From Chlorokybus atmophyticus (Eukaryota > Plantae > Mesostigma and Chlorokybus algae), in contig RHPI01000733.1 of NCBI GenBank assembly GCA_009103225.1, forward strand, positions 176,160 to 205,554: DNA of 29,395 nucleotides, read 5' to 3'. Both the position numbers and the translations under genes were made by a program. Of the stretch, positions 10,927 to 19,607 are shown one piece after another. Position 1 is the first letter of the stretch. The number at the start of each line of letters is the position of its first letter. The notes beneath the pieces were generated by a model. The model did no database searches, was not told the DNA's origin, and saw nothing but the letters and a program-made list of their open reading frames with translations.

Positions 10927-13900
10927 CTAAGCACATATGCCGAGTCCCTTGCAACATGCCTTGAACTTCAGCGGTGACAGTGGCTTCGTCATGAAGTCTG
11001 CGAGCATGTCTTCCGTATTGCAATATTGGAACTCAACCTCCTTGCGTGTGACTCTGTCTCGCACAAAGTGATGCATGACATCAATGTGCTTTGTCCTTGT
11101 CGAGGCGATGGGGTGCTTCAGCAACTTAATGGCGCCTTGGTTGTCGCAGTTGATCGTGATGCACGCCATCGGTTGCTCCAGATCTGCCATCAGCTTGCGA
11201 AGCCATAACCCCTCCTTCACTGCAGCCGATGCTGCCATGTACTCCGCTTCCGAAGTAGATGCAGCTGTTGTGGGTTGCAGCCTACTGTTCCAGCTCACCA
11301 CGCCTCCATTCAACTTGAAGACGTACGCCGTGGTGGACCTCCTGCTATCGAGGTCACCTGCAAAGTCTGCGTCGCAATAGCCCTCCATCTCTGTGCTTCC
11401 GCAACCAAACTTGATGCCAACACTTGCGCTTCCAGCCACGTAGCGCAATACTCCCTTCGCTGCACGCCAGTGCTCCATGCTTGGTGCAGACATGTAGCGC
11501 GCAAGCACTCCAACTGCATGTGCGATGTCGGGTCTTGTGCACACTGCTAGGTAGAGCATACTCCCAACAAGCTCACCATAGGGATACTGAGCCTTGTCGA
11601 GTACTTCCTCATCTTTCGCTTTGACGAGGTTGGTGCCGAGTGCCAATGGAGTAGACTTGGTCTTTGCTTCATTGAGTCCGAAATTGGTGACAAGTTGCTT
11701 TACCATCTGCTCTTGACTGATCTTGATTGTGCATGCTGCTCTGTCACGCTCTATCACCATGCCAAGAAATAACTTGACCTCTCCAAGGTCGCGTACTGCG
11801 AATGCTTGCTGCAATCCGTGCTTCGTTTCCTTCAGGTCTTCAACTTGCTTGGCCGTGACGATGATGTCGTCCACATACACGAGCAAGTAAACCTTCTTCT
11901 CTTCATGGATGAAGAGCCCCGGATCCGCTGAGGATGCTTTGTAGCCGAGTTTCTCCAACTCTTTCGTGAGGCGAATGTGCCACACACGTGGTGCTTGTCG
12001 CAGCCCATACAAAGCCTTGATCAACTTGCAAGCCATGCCTGGCTCCCCTTCTGCGTAGCCTGGTGGTTGCTTGGTGTAGATCTCTTCCTCCAGCTCTCCG
12101 TAAAGGAAAGCAGTCTTCACATCAAGGTGGTGACACTCGAGGTCTTCAGCAGCAACCATGGCGATTAATGTGCGGAAGGTTGCATGCTTACTTGCAGGTG
12201 CAAATACTTCATTGAAATCCACACCTTCTTGTTGCAAAAATCCCTTTGCCACCAACCTTGCCTTGTAGCGCTCGATGTTGCCTTGACCATCACGCTTCAC
12301 CTTGAACACCCACTTGACCGGAATGGGCTTCACACCTTGCGGGGGCTTCTCCAACACCCATGTGTTGTTGGCATGGAGTGATGCAATCTCATCATCCATA
12401 GCTCGCTGCCATTGTTCTGCATCTGGTGCTCGCAATGCCTCCTCGTAGGTGCTTGGTTCTTCACTCTCGTCATTGTGCACACTAGCGATGTGTGCCTTGT
12501 AGAAGTCAGGTGCTTGTCTTTCCCTCACTGGGTAGCGTCGAGCTTGCTCCTGCTGCTTCTGCTTCTCGCCTGCTACAGATGAGCCCTGCTCTTTATTGAT
12601 GACTGATGCCTCGCCTTCAACCTCTTCTCTGCTTGAAAGCTCTTCAGGTTGTGCTTTGTCATCTTCATCTTGAGGGTAGAAACCTTCTTCAGCTTCAACT
12701 TGTGATGAGCCTTCGTGGAACACGACTTCTCTGCTCACCACAATCTTGCGCGTGTCCTCCAGTAGGACCTTGTACGCCTTTGAGCCTGGTTCGTAGCCAA
12801 CGAAGATGCCCTTCTTGCTGACCGGCTCCAACTTGTGTCGCAATTGACTTGGCACAAGTGCATATGCCACACATCCGAACACACGCATGCCACTCACATC
12901 TGGCGCTTCACCGTAAAAGAGCTCCCACGGAGTCTTTTGCTCAGAGCTTATCGGTGAACGGTTGCGGATGTAGTTGGCAGTGAGAACGGCCTCTTTCCAC
13001 AGACTGTCCTCCAACTTGGTGTCATTGAGCATGGCTCGAACACGCTCCAACAACGTTCGGTTGAGACGTTCAGCTGCTCCATTCTGCTGCGGAGTGTATG
13101 GTGCTGTTGTCTCATGCCGTATGCCTTTGCTGGCGAAGAACTCTTTGAGCTGGGCGTTGATGTACTCCCCTCCTCGATCACTTCTCATTGCTTTCATCTT
13201 CTTGCCCGATTGAATCTCAAGCAATGCAATGACTGTACGCACAGCTCCAGCGACTTCTGACTTTTGAATCAAAGGGAAGACGATGGAAAGCTTGCTGTAG
13301 TCGTCGAGGAATGTTGCAAAGTACCTTACCCCTCCTTTCGCCACAATGCGCATAGGCCCGCAAACGTCCATGTGCACAAGCTCGCAGGGATGTTTGCTAC
13401 TTGAAGAAGATGATGAGAACGGCATGCGATGCTGCTTGGCCAACACACAGGGTTCACAGAGCGTAGTTGAAGACGCTTGAAAATCTTCCTTGCTCCCAGT
13501 AATGCCCTTCACCATGTCTTCAGCGACCAGGCGTGTGAGGTTGCTGTAGCCCAAATGCCCGAACCTTCGATGCCAAAGCTCAGCCGTCTCCTTCTCCTTC
13601 ACAATCATGGCCTTGCTGCCATGAGTCTGCTCCACAATGTAGAGCCCTCCTCGTTGGGTGCCGACCATGTACTCGACCCCATCCATGCGTACGGAGCAGC
13701 GTCCCTCCCGGATCACTATCTCAGCTCCCACGCGCTCAGCAACTCTCACAGAAAACAAGCTTGCAGCAGCTCCAGGTACGTGCAATACTTCACGCAGTAC
13801 CACCTCTCTCTCACCATCACCAATCTTGCATTGAAGCCTCACTTCACCAACTCCTATTGCTTCCAACTCGTGACCACTAAAGCCTTCCACCTTCCTTGTG

Positions 13901-14808
13901 GTTGACATCTTCCTGTAGTTCTCCATCACCTCCTTGTGCGGTGTGAGATGCTGGTCACAGCCTGAGTCAATTGCCCATGAAGTTGTATCAAACTTCCTTG
14001 AGGCAGTAAATGCAACACCCTTTTCTTTGCGTTGAGCGTTGCTACTGGTGCCTGCTTCAGATTGCTCTCGTTGGCGCTTACGACAATCCTTTGAGATATG
14101 TCCTTTAATACCACAATAGTGGCATGTGAGATTCTTGAACTTTGAGTTGCTGCCTTTCGCCTTGTTCTTGTCTTCATAGTTGCTTAATTTCTTGTATTTG
14201 TCTCGTGTGTAGAAGGCCACAGAGTCCGCTTGCTCTTCCTTCTTTGAGACGCGTTGCTCCACAGTGAGCAACTTGGGTAGCACATCGTCTAGGGTTAGCT
14301 CCGATGACGATGTCTCGAGCAGAGTAGCGACAACTTCGTACTCTAATGGCAGTCCTGCAACAATCGCCAATACGACCTCCGTCTCTTCCATCTTGTGGCC
14401 GACGTTGATGAGGTCCGCCCACAGCTCTCTCGCACGTGCAACATACTTTGTGACCGGCTCGGCCGTCTCTTTATGAAGCGCGCTTAGCTGCTTGCGTAAT
14501 TGTATCTTTCTGGCGTTGTTCTTGGCTTGAAATACGGCTGCAAGCTTCTCCCAAGCTTGTCTGCCATCTTCACATGCTGTGAGCATGGGAAAGTGATGTG
14601 GCTTGCAGTTAAGCACCATCAAGGAATGTGCTTCAACTGAGTGTTCAAGCCAAATGCTTTCTTCTCCTGCTCTTGGTGCAGATGCCTTCGGGTCAACATA
14701 CTTCCACATCTTCTTGTGGATCAGTAGTGCCTTCATCTCTACACACCAAGTGCTGTAATTGTTTGTGTCCAGCTTTGTGATCAGCCCCTTATCGTAGCTT
14801 GCCTCCAT
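10927..14808 (-). CDS. gag-pol: Copia Gag-Pol polyprotein (1293 aa)
   Basis: Gag with CHYCGIKGHISKDC; protease WAIDSGCDQH; HRRFGH..CEPC; integrase HMDVCGP/DDYSK/SDRGGEY/GAAERLN; RT KARLVAKG, LDVKTAFL, LVYVDD; RNase H DADFAGD/EAEY/DNQGA. Integrase precedes RT (copia order). Confidence 0.98.
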   Translation of the reverse strand: MEASYDKGLITKLDTNNYSTWCVEMKALLIHKKMWKYVDPKASAPRAGEESIWLEHSVEAHSLMVLNCKPHHFPMLTACEDGRQAWEKLAAVFQAKNNARKIQLRKQLSALHKETAEPVTKYVARARELWADLINVGHKMEETEVVLAIVAGLPLEYEVVATLLETSSSELTLDDVLPKLLTVEQRVSKKEEQADSVAFYTRDKYKKLSNYEDKNKAKGSNSKFKNLTCHYCGIKGHISKDCRKRQREQSEAGTSSNAQRKEKGVAFTASRKFDTTSWAIDSGCDQHLTPHKEVMENYRKMSTTRKVEGFSGHELEAIGVGEVRLQCKIGDGEREVVLREVLHVPGAAASLFSVRVAERVGAEIVIREGRCSVRMDGVEYMVGTQRGGLYIVEQTHGSKAMIVKEKETAELWHRRFGHLGYSNLTRLVAEDMVKGITGSKEDFQASSTTLCEPCVLAKQHRMPFSSSSSSSKHPCELVHMDVCGPMRIVAKGGVRYFATFLDDYSKLSIVFPLIQKSEVAGAVRTVIALLEIQSGKKMKAMRSDRGGEYINAQLKEFFASKGIRHETTAPYTPQQNGAAERLNRTLLERVRAMLNDTKLEDSLWKEAVLTANYIRNRSPISSEQKTPWELFYGEAPDVSGMRVFGCVAYALVPSQLRHKLEPVSKKGIFVGYEPGSKAYKVLLEDTRKIVVSREVVFHEGSSQVEAEEGFYPQDEDDKAQPEELSSREEVEGEASVINKEQGSSVAGEKQKQQEQARRYPVRERQAPDFYKAHIASVHNDESEEPSTYEEALRAPDAEQWQRAMDDEIASLHANNTWVLEKPPQGVKPIPVKWVFKVKRDGQGNIERYKARLVAKGFLQQEGVDFNEVFAPASKHATFRTLIAMVAAEDLECHHLDVKTAFLYGELEEEIYTKQPPGYAEGEPGMACKLIKALYGLRQAPRVWHIRLTKELEKLGYKASSADPGLFIHEEKKVYLLVYVDDIIVTAKQVEDLKETKHGLQQAFAVRDLGEVKLFLGMVIERDRAACTIKISQEQMVKQLVTNFGLNEAKTKSTPLALGTNLVKAKDEEVLDKAQYPYGELVGSMLYLAVCTRPDIAHAVGVLARYMSAPSMEHWRAAKGVLRYVAGSASVGIKFGCGSTEMEGYCDADFAGDLDSRRSTTAYVFKLNGGVVSWNSRLQPTTAASTSEAEYMAASAAVKEGLWLRKLMADLEQPMACITINCDNQGAIKLLKHPIASTRTKHIDVMHHFVRDRVTRKEVEFQYCNTEDMLADFMTKPLSPLKFKACCKGLGICA

Positions 14809-15117
14809 CTTTGCCGCGCCTGCTTTCTTCTTGCAGTTAGCACTTGAGACTTGCTTTGATAATCTTCACGTGTTGTGACTTGAGTGACTTTGTTGACTTC
14901 AGTAACTTTAATCAACACTTCACTTTTGAGTGACTTCAATGACTTCGGTCTTGAATGTCTTCGGTCTTCACTTCACTCTTCAACGCCTTCAGTCTTGAGT
15001 GACTTCGGTCTTCTTTTCACTCTTCAATCTTGAGTGACTTCGATCTTCACTTCAATGCACTTTGTCACTTTTCTTCACTTCGCTTTCTTTCTCTTTCTCA
15101 CACTTTTCACGCGTAGT

Positions 15118-15131
15118 GTGGGCCCATAACC
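15118..15131 (-). other. Primer-binding site for the 5'-half of initiator tRNA-Met
   Basis: GGTTATGGGCCCAC follows the 5' LTR. It is complementary to the anticodon-stem region of plant-type tRNAiMet (GUGGGCCCAUAACC), the half-tRNA priming mode known for Drosophila copia and Volvox Osser. Confidence 0.9.
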
Positions 15132-15533
15132 TGGTGAGAAGCAAGCATGCAAGTGAAGAGGGCAAGCAATGACACACAGGAGAAGGCAACACACTTCCCA
15201 ATTTATTACCAACAAACTGCGGGGTTATATACCCGCCAGTTTGTACACAGTTTGTACACACTGCTGGTCTAAACGCAACAGCGTCCGATCTACTGAACCG
15301 AATCCTACGTTGTAAGATGTGACACGTAGCTAACTTGACAAGCTTTCCAACAAGCTATGCCACGTCCCAAATGACTGAGTATTCTAGGAGATATGACGAT
15401 TCTCCTAGGACCCTTCTCTGCAGTCCGCGCCAGGACCTTTATGTCCGGAGTCTTCGAGGTCCTCCCATCGAGGTCCCTTCTCTTCTCTCTTGTATGCAGG
15501 GCAGGCTGACCGGATGTAGGAATATCTTCAACA
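15132..15533 (-). repeat. 5' LTR of intact copia (402 bp)
   Basis: Partner of 10480-10881; on the element strand it begins TGTTGAAGAT and ends CTCACCA, directly before the PBS. Confidence 0.97.
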
Positions 15534-15538
15534 CAACA

Positions 15539-16275
15539 TTGTCCTACTGATAGCAGAATGGGAGTGTCAAAGACACTCCAGAGCAGGTAGAGTCGAAGGA
15601 CTCACTGATCCATGCTCGCGACTGTTCAGGGAACTGATGCGTATCATCAAGATCCTGCAAAGCAATTAGCTGACCAGGCTTCCAGGGTACATCATTGAGA
15701 ATGTGCACTCCGAGGACGATAAGCGCCATCACGTGTCCAACAGCTTTCGACAAGTGTGTTCCTTACTGGGACACCCTCTCAAAATCAATGCAGCGCGTCA
15801 TGGCTCCCGTGTTCATCGCGTCCGCGCCAAGTGGACCAACCTTGCTATAGTCGAGGATCTCTTTGCTGCTAAGTCTCTGCACAGAAGTCGTTCACGCAAT
15901 CTCACCGTCGACGCTATCCGAGACACTGGGCGCACAGCACAACCAGTCACCCGACACGATCAGCAGCACTTCTATCAGTGCAACCAGCCTGATCAACCAC
16001 ATCGTGCGCTCCCCACTCTGGTGTCTTACCCAGGATCATACGCCTTCCGCAACCACGGCGCAGTCATGGTGTTGGATTCCAACACAGGCCAACTGGAGGA
16101 ACCCAACGCACGTGAGAGCAAACGTGCCATGGGATTCTCTCCAGGTAGTATCACAGGTACCACGCTGACCGGCAGTCAGCAATGTCATCTATTGGGACGC
16201 GCCATGGACCAGAACAGCATGGTGTGGTTATTGCAAATATGCTTTGCTCTCCAGGACCGCCATGTGTCCTTCTAG
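15539..16275 (+). pseudogene. C5-cytosine DNA methyltransferase, C-terminal part (motifs IV-X)
   Basis: VLLIAEWECQRHSRAG (motif IV, Cys codon 15565-15567), SRLFRELMRII, YIIENV (motif VI, 15697-15705), NAARHGSRVHRVRAKWTNL (VIII), EEPNARESKRAMGF (IX), HLLGRAMD (X). One in-frame stop at 15667-15669. Confidence 0.88.
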
Positions 16276-16559
16276 GAGCTCGAACACCTGGCGGGGGGGT
16301 GGCCAATTGCGTGCAAGAGACCAAAGCGGCACATACCGCCCATATGGAGGAGCAAACAGCAGTCATTATGGAAGACATCCCAGTAGTCGCCAACGCTACC
16401 TTTTGGTCCCATGGCATTATACCACTGGCTATAGGCCAGACGCGAGAATAACTTGAGGCTCTTCTCAACAAGTGGAGGAGTCAATTCAGCTTCAGCGTGA
16501 AAGAACCGGGCGTTTGGTCAATTTATTAGATGGACATTGAGTTGGTGGACACCAAACTG

Positions 16560-17830
16560 GTGTTTCGATGATAGTATCGATTCTCCAAGTTGCAAGAAGA
16601 CTTGGTGGAGCAGAGGTGCAAGGCTCTGCTAGATGCAGGCCTGATTGAGGAGTCTACATCGGACCTGGCGGCCGCAACCGTCATGCCCCTAAAGAAGGAT
16701 TCAGCAGGCAACTGGACAAACCGGCGTATGTGCGGCGAATACCGCCCCCGCAACAACAAAACCAAGCAAGACAGGTATCCAATGCTTACGGCAGAAGGTA
16801 TATTTAAATGATGTAGGAGACTGTACCGTCTTCAGCGCCCTGGACATGCGCCAAGGGTACAACCAGATTGCCATCAAGGAGGAGGACAAGCACAAGACCT
16901 CCTTTTGGGGCAACCGGCAGCTGTACTAGTGGAAGGTCATGCCCATCGGACTGAAAAATGCTCCCGCCAAGTTCCAGCGCGTTATGGACAAAGCTTTTAA
17001 GGGGCTCGACTTCGCGTGATGCTATATTAATGACATTTTCATCTTCAGCCGCAACAAAGAAGAGCACCTACAGCACATCGAGGAAATGCTGGAGAGACTC
17101 AAGGGGGTGGGGATGACGGTGCACCCCGACAAGTGCACCTTCTTCACTCGCAAGGTACCCTACTTAGGGCACATAATTTCGCCCCACGGTGTGTACGTAC
17201 AGCAGGCGAAGGTGGAGGCCTTGATAGCTATCCCTGCTCCAACGGACCTTACTCGCCTGCGCGCCTTGTTGGGCTTGGCCAACGACTATCGCCAGTTCGT
17301 GAAGGACTTCGCAAAGATCGCGCGACCCCTCAATGAGCTTCTGAAGAAGGAAGTGGAGTTTGCGTGGAAGGAGCCACAGCAGCAGGCGTTTGAGGAGCTA
17401 AGGAGCAGGCTCACCACCGCTCCCATCCTGCAACGCCCTAAGTACAGCAAGCCCTTCATCCTCCACACCGACTGGAGCAAGCTTGGGATGGGGGCTGTGC
17501 TGCACAATGAGAACAAAAAGGATTGAGTGGTGTCGTATGCCAGCCGAAGCAACAATTGCGCTGAGGCCAACTTCAGCAGCTACGAGGGAGAGTGCCTCGA
17601 TACAGTGTGGGCTATCTCCTTCTTCAGACCTTTCCTCTTTGGTCGGCGATTCCAGCCGATCATCAGCCACTCAAGTGGTTGACCAACCAACGTGTGACAG
17701 GGAAACTTGCTCGCTGGGCCCTGTTGTTGCAGGAGTGTGACTTCGAGATCGATCACCGCGCCGGCCTCATCAACCAGGACGCCGATGGCTTCAGTCTCAA
17801 TCCTCATCGCAGTACCAATGATGCAACTGG
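16560..17830 (+). pseudogene. pol: Gypsy reverse transcriptase and RNase H (degenerate)
   Basis: RRMCGEYRP..DRYPM, FSALDMRQGYNQI, WKVMPIGLKNAPAKFQ, CYIND (YIDD variant), PYLGH, LLGLANDYRQFVKDFAKIARPL, FILHTDWSKLGMGAVL, SYASRS..SSYEGECL, DHQPLKWL..KLARWALLLQE. Confidence 0.93.
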
Positions 17831-18039
17831 AGCTCGGCACGAGCTCAAGCTTACAGCAGCAGCTCCCACCGTGGCGGCCATGTTTGCTGTTGCCGCGTTA
17901 CGTTCATGGCGCCAAATCAACACCACCGCCATTTAAATGGCAGAGGAGATTCCTGCCCTTGAGTCTATAGGCCCCACAGTGACCACACCCCTAGGGGACG
18001 TCCATGCGGTCGACATTGCAATCAATTGAAGTTGACGAC

Positions 18040-18695
18040 ACCGAGCTAGCACCCACTTACACCAGGCAGAACATATGGCTGGATAAGCCATCACTCTCCT
18101 TCCTTTAAAGGACAGCTTCCCCCCGACATGAGTGCACGAGAGAAAGATCGTGTCAGTCAACGCACCCGCCACTATCGATGGGCGGATGACACGTTGTATC
18201 GCCGCGTCCATGACGAGGACAAGGAGGTGCCGACATCAGCCACACGCAAGGGCATCATCGCTGCCCTGCACACTGAGCTTGGACACTTCGGTGTCAAGCG
18301 TACCGTCAGCCAGGTAATGCGCAATATTGGTGGTATGGGCTGTCCAAACAGGTGAGGGAGTTCGTCAGTCACTGCCAACAGTGTGACATGGTACGCGCCA
18401 GCCTCAACACACGTAGCACCACCTTGCACCCTTTCCCCATCTCCGGTCTTCTCTATCGCTGAGAACTCGACATTTTGAGAGACTTGGCACCCTCGGCACG
18501 GCAACCGTTACATTCTGATTATGATCGAGCACTTCTTCAAATGGGTGGAGCTGGTGCCATTACCCGACAAGAGCAGCAGGGGGGTGTCTCAAGCCTTCCT
18601 CTCCATGGCCTCAGCCGGTTTGGTAGGTGCGCTAAGGTCATCATAGACTAAGGCACTGAGTTCAGAGGGGAGTTCAACAACCTGTTGGACAGATG
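18040..18695 (+). pseudogene. pol: Gypsy integrase N-terminal half, truncated
   Basis: LHTELGHFGVKRT..CQQC (HHCC), GNRYILIMIEHFFKWVELVPLPDKSS, SRFG..VIID*GTEFRGEFNNLLDRC; homology ends at ~18695. Confidence 0.88.
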
Positions 18696-19450
18696 CACCG
18701 GTAGAAATGGGTTACAGCAAGTCAGGCTGGATCCACAACTTTGTTTGTGATTTTGTGCAAAGTTTGTTGAGGATCTGCAAGAACCCTAATTAACTTATGG
18801 CTACATACTTAATCCGGTTTGTGCCTGTCACAAAAGCGCTTTCTCGTTGACACTTCCTTGCGAATAGATCCACAATTAAGTTGTGGATATGTCTTGAACA
18901 AACTGCCATCAACCTCTGTTAATGCTCTATACTATATAGATACCTAACAAAGTTGTGACCTCCTCCGGCTTTTGTGACCCATGATCAAAGGCCCTAACAA
19001 GATTGTGACTTGAACTTGATAATACTTTTAAGTTGCAGTCACAATATACTCTTGGTTAACTCCGCAACAGTGATCTCACAACACGATTTTGTCCTAATGC
19101 CTAAGCAAGTTGGGACCAGCTCCAATTTAATTTGACGAGCTCGCAAAGGGTCCAATCAAATTGTGGCCCCATGCGAAACAAAATTCACACTCAAGGCATA
19201 AACAGTTACTTGCTTATTTATCACTTGCCCTAGCTCTAAATGTTATGACCGCATCCATAACTTCGTTCAGCCTAACACCCAGTGTCTTTGTGTGTTTCTT
19301 GCTGAGTCCCAAATCTTATGACCACAACTGTGTCCAGCCTTACACCTGTGTCGTTGTGTGTTTTTTGCTAAATCCTAAATGTTGTGGCTACTTTCACAAC
19401 TTGTTATATTGTCACCCAGTGCTGTTGTGTGAATGGTCTGCGTTTCAAAC
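18696..19450. mobile_element. Probable terminus of a CACTA/EnSpm-like DNA transposon with subterminal repeats
   Basis: Starts CACCGGTAGAAATGGG exactly where the integrase breaks and resembles the CACTAGTAGAAA-type TIR. It is followed by many TTGTGAC/GTCACAA-like motifs in both orientations and a ~67-bp duplication (19267-19390). The partner TIR was not found in the window. Confidence 0.55.
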
Positions 19451-19607
19451 GTTATGGCTGCAGTACCAAGTTGATTGCTGCTAGACCCACATGCAATAAA
19501 GTACACAAACTCTGTATTTAGGTTACACAAAGTTTCTCTAGTTCAAGCCAGCAATGTAGGCTGTGACAACATACAAACTAGCAACCAGAGACAAAGCACT
19601 CAACTAC

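Larger units (their letters stand above)
10480..15533 (-). mobile_element. Full-length, apparently intact Ty1/copia LTR retrotransposon (5054 bp)
   Basis: Two 402-bp LTRs, PBS, PPT, a single uninterrupted 1293-aa ORF and a 5-bp TSD CAACA on both sides. Confidence 0.98.
7370..18695 (+). mobile_element. Degenerate Ty3/gypsy carrying a C5-DNA methyltransferase domain; interrupted by an intact copia and cut in the integrase
   Basis: Same-strand order gag(2xCCHC) - linker - C5-MTase - RT - RNase H - integrase. LTRs and protease were not recognised, so the boundaries are approximate. Assigning the gag to this element is inferred from collinearity. Confidence 0.8.

Noticed and set aside
11026-14476. 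Numerous short ORFs antisense to or overlapping the copia gag-pol
   Set aside because: Shadow frames of the long ORF; the same shadows recur opposite copia A (e.g. 524-775).
15118-15131. tRNA gene
   Set aside because: Only a 14-nt complement to tRNAiMet (the PBS); no cloverleaf. No tRNA or rRNA genes were seen in the window.
10218-18660. RIP-like or methylation-driven mutation signature from the many TAA/TAG/TGA stops
   Set aside because: Stops mostly arise by C-to-T from CAA/CAG/CGA under any transition-biased decay; context bias cannot be judged without a family consensus.
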